A stretch of DNA of 64,000 nt from the human T2T-CHM13v2.0 reference genome, Homo sapiens (GCF_009914755.1 NC_060928.1), one strand, 5' to 3'; counted from the first letter of the stretch, positions 12,541-27,376 are shown. Program-made: numbers and translations. The notes: a model not told the origin generated them from the sequence alone.

Positions 12541-14004
12541 GTAGATGATAATAGTACTCAGTTTATAGGGTTATGAGACTTATGGATGTTAAATACTTAG
12601 CATATGCCTAATACTCAGCACATGGTAACCAATCGAAGAATGTTGGTCTCTTCTTTCTCCTCCTCTTCTTCATTGCCACTGTTGTCATTGTCATAACCAT
12701 TCTGGAACCAACTTCTTTTTAAATAAAAGTGCTAACCTTCATCTATTGTCACTCAAAGGGCAATACTGGGATATAAGGCTGGAAATAAGGCTGGGACTAT
12801 GTTATGCCTACCTGAGAGAGGGAGAGAATGTACGTAGTACAGCAAGGGACCACTAAAGATACTTGCATAGAAGATCAAAGGGAGTCAAGCTGTGCTTTCA
12901 GCCAATTAGCCTGGCAGCCATGGGTCTAGTGGTTTGAAGTGGAAGAGGCTGAAAGAGGGGGACACAGTTAGCAGGTTACTCTCAACAGGGTCGTTAGATT
13001 TCCCTTTCTTATTTCCTCCTCAGTCACCTTGGATTTGGCTGGCTACATAGCAAACGCTTAATAAATACTTGTAGATTAGTTATTTTACACTTGTTTAATG
13101 CCCTTCTTTGAAGTACTTCCAGTTGAGATTACTTCTACAAATCATATAATACAAGATAAAATACCCTATATATCTGTCAGTTTTCTCTAAGACTGTTTTC
13201 TAAGTATTATATGTGCTTGGTTCATGGGCTGGGTATTCAGTTGCTGAAAAAATAGAAATCACTCCATTAGTCATGCCTCTGCAAATTTCACATTTTATAT
13301 TCCAAGTCTGTGGTAGGTGATATTTAAAGCATTTTTTTTTGTTTGTTTGTTTGTTTTTTTTTTTTTGCTTGCTGTTGTATCACTACAACTGTATATTGCT
13401 TGTGGACATTTTGATCTCAGATCTCAAGAAAATGATGATGTTCCATTTGTTATCACTTTAAGGGAAGCACAAAAAGACCTTAAAGTGAAAAACACAGCTT
13501 AATTAGCACGTTGGTGATTTATGTTACCCAGTGTGAAATCTCCATTAGTACCAAAAGAAGGATTTTTAAAAAGGCATCTTCTGAATTTTTAAATTATTTT
13601 TGGTCTTATTTAGAATTCACAATCTTATTTCCATGTCTCTAATCTGCAAATCCCAAAATGTAACATCATTGTCTCAAAGTTATTGCATTTCACAATATCA
13701 TGCAAAGGAACACAGCTGCTTATTGTTTAATCACCGAGGACAAATGTCCTCTGTACCATTTTATATGCAGGTTTATACCTTGATTTATGTAATGCAAAAG
13801 CTCTTAAACATCATAGAGTTTTAGAATTTGAAGGGACTGCTAAAATTTTCTAGTTATTCTTGTACTATATATTGTTGAGAAAATCCTAATAGAAACACTT
13901 AAAAAATTTATATCAATTCATATTTTATTTAACACATTATCTACATATATTATAAATATTTGAGCATCTTTGTACTAGACTGAACAGTCAACCTATAGAC
14001 TGTA

Positions 14005-14510
14005 CATATCAGATACAGCTCTTTCAGTTACCAAAACTTAGAATCTGGTTTAAGAAACGGGGAAATTTATTTCCTCAAGTGACTGAAAAGTCCAAGAACA
14101 ACTCTTCAAATTAGCAGGACCCGGAGGCTCCAAGGGATGTTTCTTTTCCATCTCGTGGCTCAGCTTTTATGTGGATTTTCAACTCCTAGGCTCTCTCTGT
14201 GTGGCTGTTACCTGATCCGGGCTTAAATCCTTTAGGTTCAAGACCAGAGAAAAGGGAAAAACTTCCTGTCACTTCTCCAGCCAATCGTTGGCTTACCTCT
14301 GATTAGACAGTTTGAGTCAGGAGTCCATCTTTAGAGCAATCACTGTGACTTTAGTTTTAGAAAAGAGTGATTGACCTGTAAAAGGGTTTGTGTCCGTACT
14401 TGAACTCGGAGCCCATTGAAATCATGTGCACTGAGTGTGAACAGAATGGTTTTTCCAGAGAATGTGGAGTGGCTGTTGGAAGATAGGTGTAAGGTAGGCA
14501 AAACCATTGT
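14005..14510 (-). mobile_element. Ancient MLT1 (K/L-like) LTR remnant
   Basis: Weak similarity: aaatttatttcctcaagtgactgaaaagtcc, ctctgattagacag, caatcactgtg. Confidence 0.45.
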
Positions 14511-15796
14511 ATGGCTGTGAGACAGTCACAAGTGGATTCCAGGATATCTTCTGGTAATAACAGAATGGGAAGGAGAAGATGTAAGGAAGAACCCTCCCCC
14601 AAAAGACTGTCTAAGTCTATGGATTAGCACCCCTGTTTATAATTCAACTTTTTCATGAAGATGTAACCTCAGAAAAACTAAGTGGCATGCCCATGGAATC
14701 ACAGTTAGAAAAGTAGAGGCAGTTTAACACCATTCTGATTATCCTCCAACAGAGAAGGACATTTCTTAGGTTATTCATATATATGATTAAAAATAAATTG
14801 TAAATTTTTGAAAGTGATAGTTTTGCCTAATTTCAAAAATTTGCATAATTAAAAAACCACAAAAATAAAGTAAGCAAATACTCTTATTCTCTCTCTCTCT
14901 CTGTGTGTGTATAATGAGAACTGTCATAAAAATTCTGTTGAATTATTTTGATTTAATTCTATAAAAGGAAAACTTAATGCTATTCCTATTTAATCAGAGT
15001 CTCTGATAATGTCATTTTTTTTTCTTTTTTAAAATACTTTCAACTTTTATCTTAGATTGAGAGGGCACATGTGCATATTTGTTACATGGGTGTATTGTGT
15101 GACGCTAAGGTTTGAGATATAAATGATTCTATCACACAGGTACTGATAGCATAGTACCTGATAGGTACTTTTTAAGCCCTTGCCCCTCTCTCCCTTCCCT
15201 CTTCTAGTAGCCACCAATGTCTACTGTTCCCATCTTTATGTCCATAAGTACTCAGTGTTTAGCTTGCCGTTATAAGTGAGAACATGTGGTATTTGGTTTT
15301 CTGTTTCTGTGTTAATTTGCTTAGGATGATGGCCTCCAGCTACATCCAACTTGTAGCAAAGGACATAATTTCATTATTTTTTATGGCTATATAGCATTCA
15401 TGGTTCATATGTACCACATTTTCTTTATTCAATGCACTGTGGATGAGCACCTGGGTTGATTCTGTCCCTTTACTATTGTGAGTAGTACTGTGATGAACAT
15501 ATGACTTCATGTGTCTTTTTGGTAGAATGATTTATTTTCCTTAGGGTACATGCTCAGTAATGGGATTGCTGAGTTGAATGGTAGTTCTGTTTTTAGTTCT
15601 TTGTGAAACCTCCAAACTGCTTTCCACAATTGCTGGACTAATTTACATTACATTTCCACCAACAGTGTACGAGCGTTCCCTTTTCCCCACAGCCTCACCA
15701 ACTTCTGTTATTTTATGACTTTTTACTAATAGCCATTATGACTGGTGTGAGAGGGTATTTCATTGTGGTTTTGATTTGCATTTCTCTGATGATTAG

Positions 15797-16175
15797 TGAC
15801 TTGGTTTGGCTGTGTCCCTACCCAAATCTCAGCTTGAATTGTAGTTCCCATAACTCCCATGCGTTGTGGGTGCGACTCAGTGGGAGGTAATTGAATCATG
15901 GGGGTGGTTACCTGCATGCTGTTCTTGTGATAGTGAGTGAGTTCTCACAAGATCTGATGGTTTTATAAATAGTTTTTCTCCCCCACCTCCCTCTGTACTT
16001 CTCCTTGCTGCGTTCATCCGGAGAAAGATGTGTTTACTTCCCCTTCTGCTGTGATTGCAAATTTCCTGAGACCTCCCCAGCCATGCTGAACTGTGAGTCA
16101 GTTAAACCTCTTTCCTTTATAAATCACCCAGTCTTGGGTATGTCTTTATTAGTAGTGTGAGAACAGTCTAATACA
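15797..16175 (+). mobile_element. THE1 solo LTR inside L1
   Basis: tgacttggtttggctgtgtcc...gtctaataca, TSD attag/attgg. Confidence 0.92.
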
Positions 16176-16261
16176 ATTGGTGATACTGAGCATTTTTTGT
16201 ATGTTTGTTGGCCTCTTGTATGTATTCTTTTGTGGAGTGTCTGTTCATGTCCTTTGCCCAC

Positions 16262-16560
16262 TTTTTTTTTCTTTTTTTGAGGCAGAGTCTTGCTCTGTCA
16301 CCCAGGCTGGAGTGTAGTGATGCTACCTCAGCTCACTGCAGCCTCGGCCTCCTAGGTTCAACTGATTCTCCTGCCTCAGCCTCCTGAGTAGCTGGGATTA
16401 CAGGTGTGTGCCACAATGCCCGGCTAATTTTTTTGTATTTTTAGTAGAGACGGGGTTTCACCGTGTTAGCCAGGATGGTCTTGATTTCCTGACCACGTGA
16501 TCTGTCTGCGTCGGCCTCCCAAAGTGCTGGGATTACAGGCATGAGCCACCGCGCCCAGCC
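16262..16560 (-). mobile_element. Alu (AluSc8/Y-like) inside L1
   Basis: Full dimer, TSD ctttgcccacttt/ctttgccaacttt. Confidence 0.95.
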
Positions 16561-19500
16561 CTTTGCCAACTTTGTAATAGGGTCATTTGTTTTTTTGCTT
16601 GTTGAGTTGTTTAAGTTTCTTATAGATTCTGGATGTTCGACCTTTTGTCTGATGCATAGTTTGTGAATATTTTTCTCATTCTGTAAGTTGTCTGATTATG
16701 CTATCGAGTAAGCAGAGTTTTGCACATTGTTGTACAAAAGCCCTTTAGCTTAATTAGAGCCAATTTGTCAATTTTTGTTTTAGTTGTAATTGTTCATGAG
16801 GATTTAGTCATACATTCTTCATCAAAGCTGATGTCCAGGATAGTATTTCCCAGAATGGTATTTCTTCTAGGATATTTATAGTTTGAAGTCTTACATTTAA
16901 ATCTCTAATTCATCTTGAGTTAATTTTTGTGTATTTTGAAAGGGTAAGGGTTAAGTTTCATTCTTCTGCATATGACTGGCCAGTTATCCCAGCACCATTT
17001 ATTGACTAGAGAGCCCTTTCCCCTTTCTTATTTTTGTTTACTTTGTCAAAGATCAGCTGATTGTAGGTGTGCGTGCAGCTTTATTTCTGAGTTCTCTAAT
17101 CTGTTCCATTGGTTTATATATCTGTTTTTGTACTAGTGCCATGCTGTTTTTGTTACTGTAGACTACAGTTTGAAGTTGGATAATGTGATGCCTCCAGCTT
17201 TGTTCCTTTTTCTTAGGATTCCTTTGGCTGTTTGGATTCTTTTTTGGTTCCATAGGAATTTTGGAATAGTTTTTTCTAATTCTGTGGAAAATGATGTTGG
17301 TAGTTTGAGAGGAATAGCATTGAATCTGTAGATTGCTTTGGAAAGTATGTTCATTTTTATGATATTAATTCTCACAATTCATGAGCATGGAATGTTTTTC
17401 CATTTTTTCATGTAATCTCTAACTTCTTTAAGCAGTGTTTTATAGTTTCCTTGTCGAGATCTTCACCTTAATTGGTTACATGTATTCCTAGGTATTTTAT
17501 TCTTTTTGTGGCTATTTTAAATGAGGTTATGTCCTTGATTTGGCTCTGAGCTTGAACATTATTGGTGTATAAAAATGCTACTGATTTTGTATGTTGATTT
17601 TTTTATCTTGGAACTTCATTGAAGTTGTTTATCAGTTCTAGGAGCCTTTTGGCAGAGTGTTTAGGGTTTTCTAGGTATAGAATCATATCATCAGCAAAGA
17701 GAGATAATTTGACTTCTTCTCATCCCATTTGGATGTCTTTTATTTCTTCTTGTTGCCTGATTGCTCTGGCTAAGACTTACAGAATTATGTTGCACAGACG
17801 TGTTGAGATTTGGCATCCTTGTCTTGTTCCAGTCCTTAAGGGGAATGGTTTCAGCTTTTGCCCATTCAGTATGATGTTGCCTGTGGGGTTGTCATAGATA
17901 GTTTTTATGATTTTGAGGTCTGTTCCTTCAATGCCTAGTCTGTTGAGGGTTTTTATCATGAAGGGATATTGGATTTTATCAAACGCTTTCTCTGTGTCTA
18001 CTGAGATGATCATATAGATTTTGTTTTTAATTCTGTTTATGTGGTGAATCACATTTATGGATTTGCATATGTTGAAGCAACCTTGCATCCCAGAAATAAA
18101 GTCACTTGATCGTGGTGAAGTAACTTTTTGATGTGCTGCTGGATTTGGATTGCTAGTATTTTACTGAGGAGTTTTGCTTCTATATTCATCTGGGATATTG
18201 GCTTGTAGTTGTCTTTTTTTGTTGTACCTTTGCCAGGTATTGGTAGCAAATTGATGCTGGCTTCATAGAATGAGTTAGGGAGGACATGAAGAGGCCTCCA
18301 CCCCATGATGACATTTTTAATGCACAAAATTTTCACTGAGTTGTTTTGACAATTTAGGTTGCATGTGTGGAAAGCTACATTTGCAAATTCTTTGATGATC
18401 TACAACCTGAATTACATTATTTACATAAAAGCCATTCGTTTTAGTGTAAGGGACTTCTTGCAGGCTTTTCCAGAGCCCTGTAATTTGCTTTCCTTCACTG
18501 ACTGGCTGTCACTCTTCTGTGTGGCAGGTTCCCAATGGGCTGCCTCTTTTGGGTGCTCATAGTACAGCCCTCTTCACACTTGCCCTACACAGTCTGCTGG
18601 CCCAGAATCATGGCTCAGTTTTGACCTCTGCCTGTCAGCTTCAACCCACAGTTGGCAAGCCACCCACCCTGTCTCCCCTTGCTACAGGGTCCCCTCGCTC
18701 ATTGAGTGGCTCTTTTGGGAGTGCTTAAATCCATCTGTACACTGACATCTGATTGACATATAGGAAAATCTCCATATGCTTGCCATGGTTAATTGTGGGG
18801 GTGCAGTCTGCCCCATACCACTGCCTGCCTTACCTCTGCTGCCCAACTCCTGCATTTCGCCCTACATATTTGCAGCATTAAGCACTCTGAAGATCCCATT
18901 GCTCAGCCCTTCAGGCAAGAAATGATCACCAGTCCCTGACTTAGTGGAGGTGGGGAGAACATTTGGGTCCCCTCAATATTATAGAAGGCAGTGGTGGAGA
19001 AGTCCAAGAAGAAAGGATGTCAGCTGCTCCAAAAAACTGTTATAAGGTGACCTCTCTACGCCTCTTATTCTAGCCAGATCTACTGAGCTGGATGGAGGTT
19101 GAGGTGGTGATCATGGTGGTGAGTGTTGAACAAAGCTCCCAAATGAAGCAAGCTCTGTGGGGAAGTGCCTGCCTTTGACTCCTGACAGTTCTCTAAACTT
19201 AGGAAGTGCAGGAGTCAGTGCCTTTTTGGTCTTAACTATGATTGCTGCAAAAATAAGATTCCACCTTGCCCCTAACCCCATCCTACCATACAAGTCCTGT
19301 GTAGATGAAGCAAGCAGGTCTAAAACCTCTTAAAGTGATGATAATTTTATCAAATAAACTGACTTTACTCTCTGCCTGCCAAGTTTTCCCTTCAGAATTG
19401 TACCCATTTGTCAATCTGTCCAAAAATGTGGTATTTTAAGTGATGTTTTTCCTTCTGATTTAATGCAGTAAATATAAATTTGTGACTATAACCTATGAGC

Positions 19501-20759
19501 CAAGTGCTGGGCTAGGTTCTAGAGATTCAAATAACACCAAACAACATAAGGGTCCATCTATTGGGCTTTCTCTCAGGCCTTGTACTCATGTTATATGAAT
19601 GTTATTGCTAATTCTTAAATCTGAACTGCAAGATGAGTATTTTTCGTGTTTTTATGATATGACAGTGGAAGCATAGAGAGGTTTCATAACTTTCTGAAGG
19701 TTTTATATCCAACAAATTTGGAAGTCAGAGCCTATTTCCACTATATTTACTATAATATTTCTTAAGAAATTGGAATAAAGACATAGCTCTTGCCTTCAAG
19801 GCGCTCACCATCTAGTGAATTTATTAGTGAGTACCCAACCAAAAATAACAGAAACCTGATTGTGATACTGTAGTCCTTGAAGTGGTTAACAAAGGAAATG
19901 AAAGTCTAAGAGATTCCAGCTCAGTTGTCAAGGGTAATTTCCCAGAGGGGGTCTCAAATAGGAGTGTTTATTCTATCTTTGGATTCCTAGATGATGAATC
20001 TGAGAACAGAATTGAGTGTATGTGATAGATAGGCTGGATGTGTAGAGGCAAGCTGAAATGGACGGCTGCTTCACTACAGCCCCACTTAGGAGTGGCCCTA
20101 GAAAAAGCCATGTGAAGACAGGGAAATCCATCCAACTGGCAGAGCTTTGGGTGGTCTACCTGGTCATCTGCTTGGTGTGAAAAGAGAAGTGGCCTGAAGT
20201 AAAGTATATGCAGGCTCATGAACAGTGATAAAGGGTTTGGCTGGTTAGTCAGACATCAGGAAGGAGAAGTCTTTGCTTCTGCTGGCAGTCAAGGGGTCCC
20301 TTTGTTCCTGAAATATCAGCTCTTTCCCAAAGAGTTTTGTCTCAAGATGCAGTCTCAGACTCATCTTCCTTTTCTTGTTACTATTTCAAGGGTCATCATG
20401 AAACTTTAGTATTTCAATCTCAGGCTAATCCCAGTGGTAGGTCAAGCCTGGATTGCTACTTTTTTTATTCTTCCTGTTGCTCTAATTCTGACTCTATTTG
20501 TATGGCCCTACTATTGGCATTTTGGACTAGGTTCTGGGCATTCCAGCCTGTGTCCTGGGAACTCCCACAGTGGCCGTCACAGTTCCTACAGCCGCTTCTT
20601 TCTGCTCAGTTCTCCTTTGTGTATATGAGAGAGTGTGGGTGTGTTCTTCGGATCTCCTTTGAAGCTAGCAATGCAATGTGTGTTCAAGAATGTATCATTT
20701 CCAGGTTAACTGTGGTGTAGGAAGCTTCTTTAAAACACTTAGATATTCGTAATTATGCC

Positions 20760-22132
20760 CCATTCTGTTTTTGAACCCATTCTATAGGGCCTTTGCACCC
20801 ACTGCTTCAACAAAGCATCTCTTACAAGAAAACCAATGACCTCTAATTGCCCAATAAAATGGTGATTCCTGAGTCCTTGTCTTACTTTATCTGTAGGAAG
20901 CAACTGACTTAGTTGTTCCCCTTTTCCTTGAAATACTTTCTTCCTTTGGCCTCCAAGGCACAATTTATTCTCTCTTAATTCTCCTCTTGCTTCACAGGCA
21001 GCTTCTTCTCAGCTTCTTTAGCCTATCTCTCTCTTCTTGACCTCCAAACACTGAACTACATCAGGATTCAGTCTCCAGAAATTTTCTTTATCCATGTTCA
21101 CTCCCAAGATAATCTCAGCCAGTCTCATGGCTTTAGGTAACTCTGTAAGCTGATGATTCTCTTTTCTATAACTCCATCAAAAACTCTTCCCTGAACTCCA
21201 GACTTGTACATTCAACTTCCTACCCAACGTTTATACTTGGAGTCCTAGTAAACATCTCAAATTGTAACATGTTCTCAAGGAATTTGAAGAATTGTCTCAT
21301 AGTCTTCTCTGCCCAAATAAATGATACTTCTAGTTGCTCAGGCTAAGAATCATGGAGCTATTACTGACTCTTTACTTTATATCATACACATCAGTTTCTC
21401 CTAAATCTGTCCAGAATCCTGACTATCTCCATTAGTACTACACTTCCACTTCACCATCATCTTTTGTTTGGACTATTGAAATAGAATCCTAACTAATCTA
21501 CCTGTTCTATATTTGCTTCCTAGTTGTCCAGTCTTTGCATGGCAGCCAAGTTAGATCATGTTTTTTCTCTTCTCACAACACTTCTAATGGCTTTTCATTG
21601 CACTCTGAGAATCAGATCCAAAATCATTGCTGTGGCCTACAAGACCCTTAACTGATCTAGTCCTCACTACCTCTCTCCCACCTGCTGTTTCATTCTTCCT
21701 CTGCTCATTTAAATCTAACCTGGGATTCTTGTTGTTCTTGTACATGTCAAAAATGCTTCTTACCTGAGGGTCTTTGCATTTTCTGTTTCCTCTGCCTGGA
21801 ATGCTCTTACCACATATTCTCAGGATTTGTTCCTTTTATTTATTTTTTATAACTTTTATCTCAAATGTCATTTTATCAGCAAGGTCTTTCTTGAACATTT
21901 CATGTAAAGTAACATCTTCTGACAATCTTAGTTCTTACCCCAATTTCTTTTTTCTTTATATCATCTATCACCACCTGATATATACATATCTGTACTTGTT
22001 TATTGAGTTTTCTCCCACGGACTTTTCCTGTTTGGTTAATTGCTATACTCCTGCAGTCAGGGCGACACCTGACAATTGGTAGCTCTTAGTAAATACTTGT
22101 TGACTTAATAAGTGAATGACAGATGAATAAAT
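20760..22132 (+). mobile_element. L2 3' region (~1.4 kb)
   Basis: CT-rich L2 motifs (ccctgaactccagact, gtggcctacaagaccc, ctgtttcctctgcctggaatgctct) ending in agtaaatacttgttgac...gaatga tail. Confidence 0.8.
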
Positions 22133-24201
22133 TAAGGGTGGATATAGTAAAATTGAGACAAAACACAGAAACTTATTTCAAAGTTTCTGTTGACTGGTTT
22201 TAACCAAATGCAAATTTCAAATCCCTGACAGAAAAGCCAGCTCCTCTCTTAATTTTGACACAATAGTTTTGACTGTTTCCATTTTCGTAAGGAATAACTA
22301 GGGAGCTGTACAAATGATGAGAAGCCCTGTGGGCATTTGGTACCATACATCATTTCTTCTTTGCTGCTAGGGCTGTTATTGCATTCCACATTTTTACTCC
22401 CACACGCTCATGTGATGGAAGCTACAAGGCCAGACTAGGTAACTGGTAAGATCTCCTTTTGCTCTAAAATGTATACCCTGTGCATTTCTTTTCCTTCCAT
22501 TCCACTCTGTGTGCATTTAGTGCAGACATTGTTCCTTTTCGCCTCATCTGTATTGTTTGCCTGCTCATAACTTGCAGATGAAGCTATTGTGGGACATGAT
22601 TTGGAAGACTGATCTTGACTATGTCTTTCAAATGTCAGTTAATGGTGGCTGTAGAGGCTGCTAATTTAGGAATATGATTCGGATAGTGTGGATGATGCAC
22701 CTGTTGTTCAGACTAAGGCTCTGCTTGAGGCTATCAGTTTTCATCTGTAGAGCCGTGTGGAGTTTAGGGCTCCGAAGGCCATTAAAAATGGCTGCTTTCC
22801 GTTTAGTCAAAGAGATTTGCAGAGGTGATTTTTCAGTTAGTCTCTGAGGTTGTTGACAGAAAACAAGGGGACAGGGCTCTTTCTGTAAACATTTCTCACC
22901 AGAATTTTTAGCCTCTCATTCCTGGCATAAGATTTTTGTTACATTTTTGCCTAAAATCAATACACTTAGATTTCTCTGGGTCTAATAGAATTATGTGTGT
23001 GTTTGGTTTGTGTTTTTGTGTGTGTGTGCGTTGTGTTGTTTTTTCCCTTTTAATTTACATAGCGTGGGAGAAAGAAGATTTTTATGGCTGGGATGACAGA
23101 ATGTTTGGGTTGAGCACATGTCCAGCAAAGAAAAGGAAAGAAAAAAAAATATAAGCCCTAACTTAGAAGGAGAAAGTTTATTTAGAAATAGAATTAACCT
23201 GTCTTGAACATGATAAATGCCATACTTTTCAAAGGTTTGTTATAGAATTGATTTCTTTCCATATGTTTCTAGTGGTTTAATTTGATTGGCAGAAGAAAAT
23301 GTTGCCATTTGATATAGGAGAAGTTATTTTTAATGCACAGGACTGTAGGTGTGAATTTTATTTGTGTTAATAATGTTGAATAAACGCATTTATGTGTTGG
23401 GTTTATTTCTGGCTACTGTGCTACTACATAATTTGATTGTTCAGTTTTCAGACATGGATTTAAATCTTTACACAGCTGGGAATTAGCTAGTCACATTGTA
23501 TTTGCTTCTGCTTATGGAATCAGGAAAATGACCGAACTAAGGAAGAGGAGCTATTTCAAGGTTTTCTTATCTTTCTTTAAAGTACAAAAATATTTTCTGT
23601 AGGAACTTCTTAATGAGAAGCAACTTAACTCTTTCCAGAAATGTGTTTGAATAACAAGTCTTCTGACTTTTCTGTTTAATTGCTACATATTGCTAAACAG
23701 AAGATGTAATATGTTTTCTATATTTTCTTTAAACCTATTTTTATTCTTTTAAAAGAGATTAAATATAAATTAAAAATTGGCTTTTATTACATTATAAAAC
23801 TATTATCTTCAATATTTACCCTGACAATTATAATTTTCAATCACTGATCTTCAAGTACTCAAACTTGTGAAATGGTTACAGGGGTAATGCTGTTTCAATA
23901 ATACTAAATGTGTAGTATTCTTATATACTAAAGTAGACTTAAATTTTTGTAGACTGTAAAATTATTTGATCAAGTTGCATAGCTTCAGTGACAATTCCAG
24001 TTAATTCAGGCAGGATTTTAATTTACTATTCTACATCTTAGGCTAAGTGTTGCCCAACTCCAGTGGAGTTAAGACTATGAGGCTTTAGTATACATATACT
24101 TCGATTTTGTTTTGAAGTCCTCATAAAATAAGCCACCTTTGGCTCAGGAGTAAGGTAGGCTTTTTTCCTGGCTTATTTTATTACTGATTTGTTCTATGGA
24201 T

Positions 24202-24558
24202 CTGTTAGGGTTTAAATGTGTGTGTCTCCCCAACATTCATACGTTGGAATCTAAGATCCAATGTAATGGTATTAAGAAGTGGGCCTTTAGGAGGTGATGA
24301 AGGTAGGAGGGCTCCACACTCATGAATGGGGTTAACAACCTTTCAAAAGGGCTGAAGGGAACTACCTAGATCTTTTTTATTTGCCAGTCCTTTCTTCCAC
24401 TATGTGAGGAAACAGCAAGAAAGCCTTCACTAGACAACAACTACTGGCACCTAGATCTTAGACTTCCTAGATCCAGAACTATAGGAAATAAAGTTATGTT
24501 TTCTATAACTTACCTAGTCTTAGGTATTTTGCTATAGCTGCATGAATGGACTAAGATA
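24202..24558 (+). mobile_element. MaLR LTR (MSTD/MLT1A-like)
   Basis: tgttagggtttaaatgtg...gggcctttaggaggtg...ggactaagata. Confidence 0.85.
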
Positions 24559-25069
24559 AGATATGACTGCACGTTTGTCTAATTGGATACCAAAACATGA
24601 CTAGAGCTTAAATGGTTGGAATTATTCAATCTCAAAGAGTTAGTACTCATGGATAGTAGAGCTAACTCACCAATATTCAGTCCAGCTGATTCTCAACAGG
24701 GATGACAAAAATTTAATCAAGAATATCAATCAACAAAAAAATATCTATTGAGTAGATGATCCTGGTGGTATGAAAGTGAACATGAAACCTGTCTCCAAGG
24801 AGCATAAAATTAAATTGATGAGAAAATTATATCTAATACTTACCTAATGCTCAAGCATATGAAAAGTTACTTAGCTACATAGTAATACAAACTAATAATA
24901 AAATATAACTTAATTGCCAATTGAGGGATATAGGGGATACAACAAATGTCCTGAGTAAATTTGTTTTTTCAAACCTGAGTAAATTTATTCTCTCCCCTGA
25001 CTTTTTTTTTAATCCCACTTCTTGGGTTAAGGTGGGTTGTTGCATATAAATAAGCAAGAACAGTAAATA

Positions 25070-25290
25070 GTATCAGTTCACATTTACTGAATGGTTTCTA
25101 TATGTAGGGCACAGGTTTATTACCTCATTTGAGACTGCTAAATCTCATGCAATTATCCCCATTTCACAGATGAGGAAACTGAGAACAGAATATCTTGTTG
25201 AAGGCTGCACATCTGGCAAGCACCAAGACTGAGATTTGAATCTAAGCAGTCAAGGCTTAGTGCCAGTGGTCTTTGCCACTACTCCATCCT
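25070..25290 (-). mobile_element. MIR fragment
   Basis: attatccccatttcacagatgaggaaactgag. Confidence 0.75.
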
Positions 25291-25619
25291 GCCCATCCAG
25301 CATACCTGATCCTGTGGTGTATCAGAGAGGGAAATCTGACCACAGAGAGCCAGCTTCTTTCTTGCTGCAAGTTTACTTTCACAGGGCTCCAATTAGTACA
25401 CTGAAAGAGCTCATTTACTAAACGGGCTCTGAGTAATTGGCTAATGGGCTTGGGGTGAGTGGTGTCCTCCAGAGGGCTATTTCCTCGGGCTGACATATCG
25501 GGCAGTCAAGCCTGCAGTTGTTTATCCCACTCCAGGATCACACAGCCAAGCACATTAATGCTGCTGGAAAATGATTCTCTATTTAAAACTCAAACTGGGT
25601 GAACAGAGCCTGGCTCTAG

Positions 25620-25780
25620 CTTTCTTTCTTTCTTTTTTTTTTTTCTTCCAACTTTTAGGTTCATGGGGTACATGTGCACGTTTGTCACATCGGTAGATTG
25701 TGTGTCATGAGGTTTAGGGTACGAATGATCCTGTCATCCAGGTAGTGAGCATAGTGGCCAATAGGTAGTTTTTCAACTCA
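25620..25780 (-). mobile_element. Short L1PA15/16-like 3' end
   Basis: Poly(T) followed by ggggtacatgtgcacgtttg...ccaataggtagtttttcaac. Confidence 0.85.
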
Positions 25781-26931
25781 GGACTCGGAGCCCAGCAAGG
25801 TGGTCCTGGGTGTACTAGGGTGTAAGCTTTTAAGCTGGGGGTGGGGTGGGGAAATAGTTCTCACCTTTCATTTATGGGTGAAAACAATGGGGGCTTGTGT
25901 CTGGGTTTTCCCTCAGTTCATGTGCTCTGAAAGAAGCATGCCTCCTGTGAAAGGGGCCAAGTCACTCAGCTTTACCACTCTGTTGTTCTACCACCATTAT
26001 CCTAGATCCTGCCCAAAGGGGAAACTGTAACATGTAGATCATTTGTCCCAAGTGACACAGTTTATTGCTGCCACCTCTTTGTACCCCATGTGTTTCTTCT
26101 ATAAAATGGGGCTAACAATAATACCCAATAATACCTACCCTATGGGGTTGTTGCGAGTGTTAAGAGTTGATAAAAATAAGGTACTTAGAAGAATGGCCAG
26201 GCCACAATAGGCATTCAACACATATTAGCTATCTCATTATTATTTTTTATTATTATTCTTTGTATCAGATAGTGCAGTGGAAAAAAATGGGCTTTGAAAA
26301 GAGTTCAGGTTCTGATTATTCCATTTACTATGATTGGGAGCTTGGGCAAGTCACTTACTCTTTCAGCTTAGAGTTCTCATCCGAAGTGAGAAAAACACCA
26401 ACTTCACAGGGCTGTTTAAAGGAATAGTCACAAAATAATTAACATCTATCAATTTCATTTGCAAACTGTAAAGCTTCATGTTCATTATCATCATTAATTC
26501 CCTAAAACTGGTTCTTCTATTGAATTCTCTTTTGTATTAACCCAATGACACAACTATTAAACTAGGAGTCATCTTAAGCTCTTTTTTCCCATTAGTTGGC
26601 CCTTAAGATTTGTTGATATCTCTAGCATCTGGCCACTTCTTCCTATTCCGTTGCAACTTCCTTAAGATAGGGCTTTAGCAGCCTCCTAATTGGCCTCCTG
26701 CCTCCAGTCTCTAGTCTGCTGGCAGGATGATTGTTCAAAAGTACAAATTCAGTCTTGCCATTCCCTTTCTTAAAACTCCCTAGTGGTTCCTCATTGCCTT
26801 CAGTGTAAAGTTCTGATGTCTTAGCATGGCAAGCAAGGCCTTCCATGCCATGGCTTCCATTAACTTCCTTAGGGTTGCTGATACCTTTTACCTTTGTCAC
26901 ACCAAATTAAATATAGCTCCCAGAATATATC

Positions 26932-27376
26932 TGTTACGGTTCACTTCATGTGTCCACTTGACTAGGATATGAGATGCCCAGATATTTTGCTAAACGTTAT
27001 TCTGGGTGTGTCTGTGAGTGTGTTTCTAGACAAGATTCACATTTGAATTGTGGACTGAGTCTAGCAGGTTGCCTCCCCAATGTGGGTGGACCTCATCTAA
27101 TTTGTCCAAGGCACCCGTAGAATAAAAAGGCTGAGTAAGGGAGAAATTGCTCTTTCCGCCTTACTGTCTCTGAGTTGGCGACATCCATCTTCTCCTGCCT
27201 TTGCATTCAGGCTAGACCTTTCCCATCGGCTCCCTCGGGTCTGCAGCTTGCTGACTGCAGATCTTGTGATTTCTCAGCCTCTATAATCACATGAGCGAAT
27301 TCCTTATTAAAAATCTCTCTCTCCCTCATATATATTTCCTATTGGTTTCATTTCTCTGGAGAACCCTGCTGATACA
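26932..27376 (+). mobile_element. MLT2 (B/C-like) LTR within L2 remnants (~26480-27710)
   Basis: ttattctgggtgtgtctgtgag...cctattggtttcatttctctggagaaccctgctgataca. Confidence 0.85.

Larger units (their letters stand above)
15015..18285 (-). mobile_element. L1 (L1PA15/16-like) 3' portion carrying nested THE1 and Alu
   Basis: Poly(T) at ~15015, 3' UTR, then decayed ORF2 on the minus strand ([21 protein letters not shown]; [16 protein letters not shown]...GTRQGC). Confidence 0.92.

Noticed and set aside
24950-24986. 13-bp direct repeat cctgagtaaattt with AP-1-like core
   Set aside because: Too short to support a functional claim; likely a local micro-duplication.
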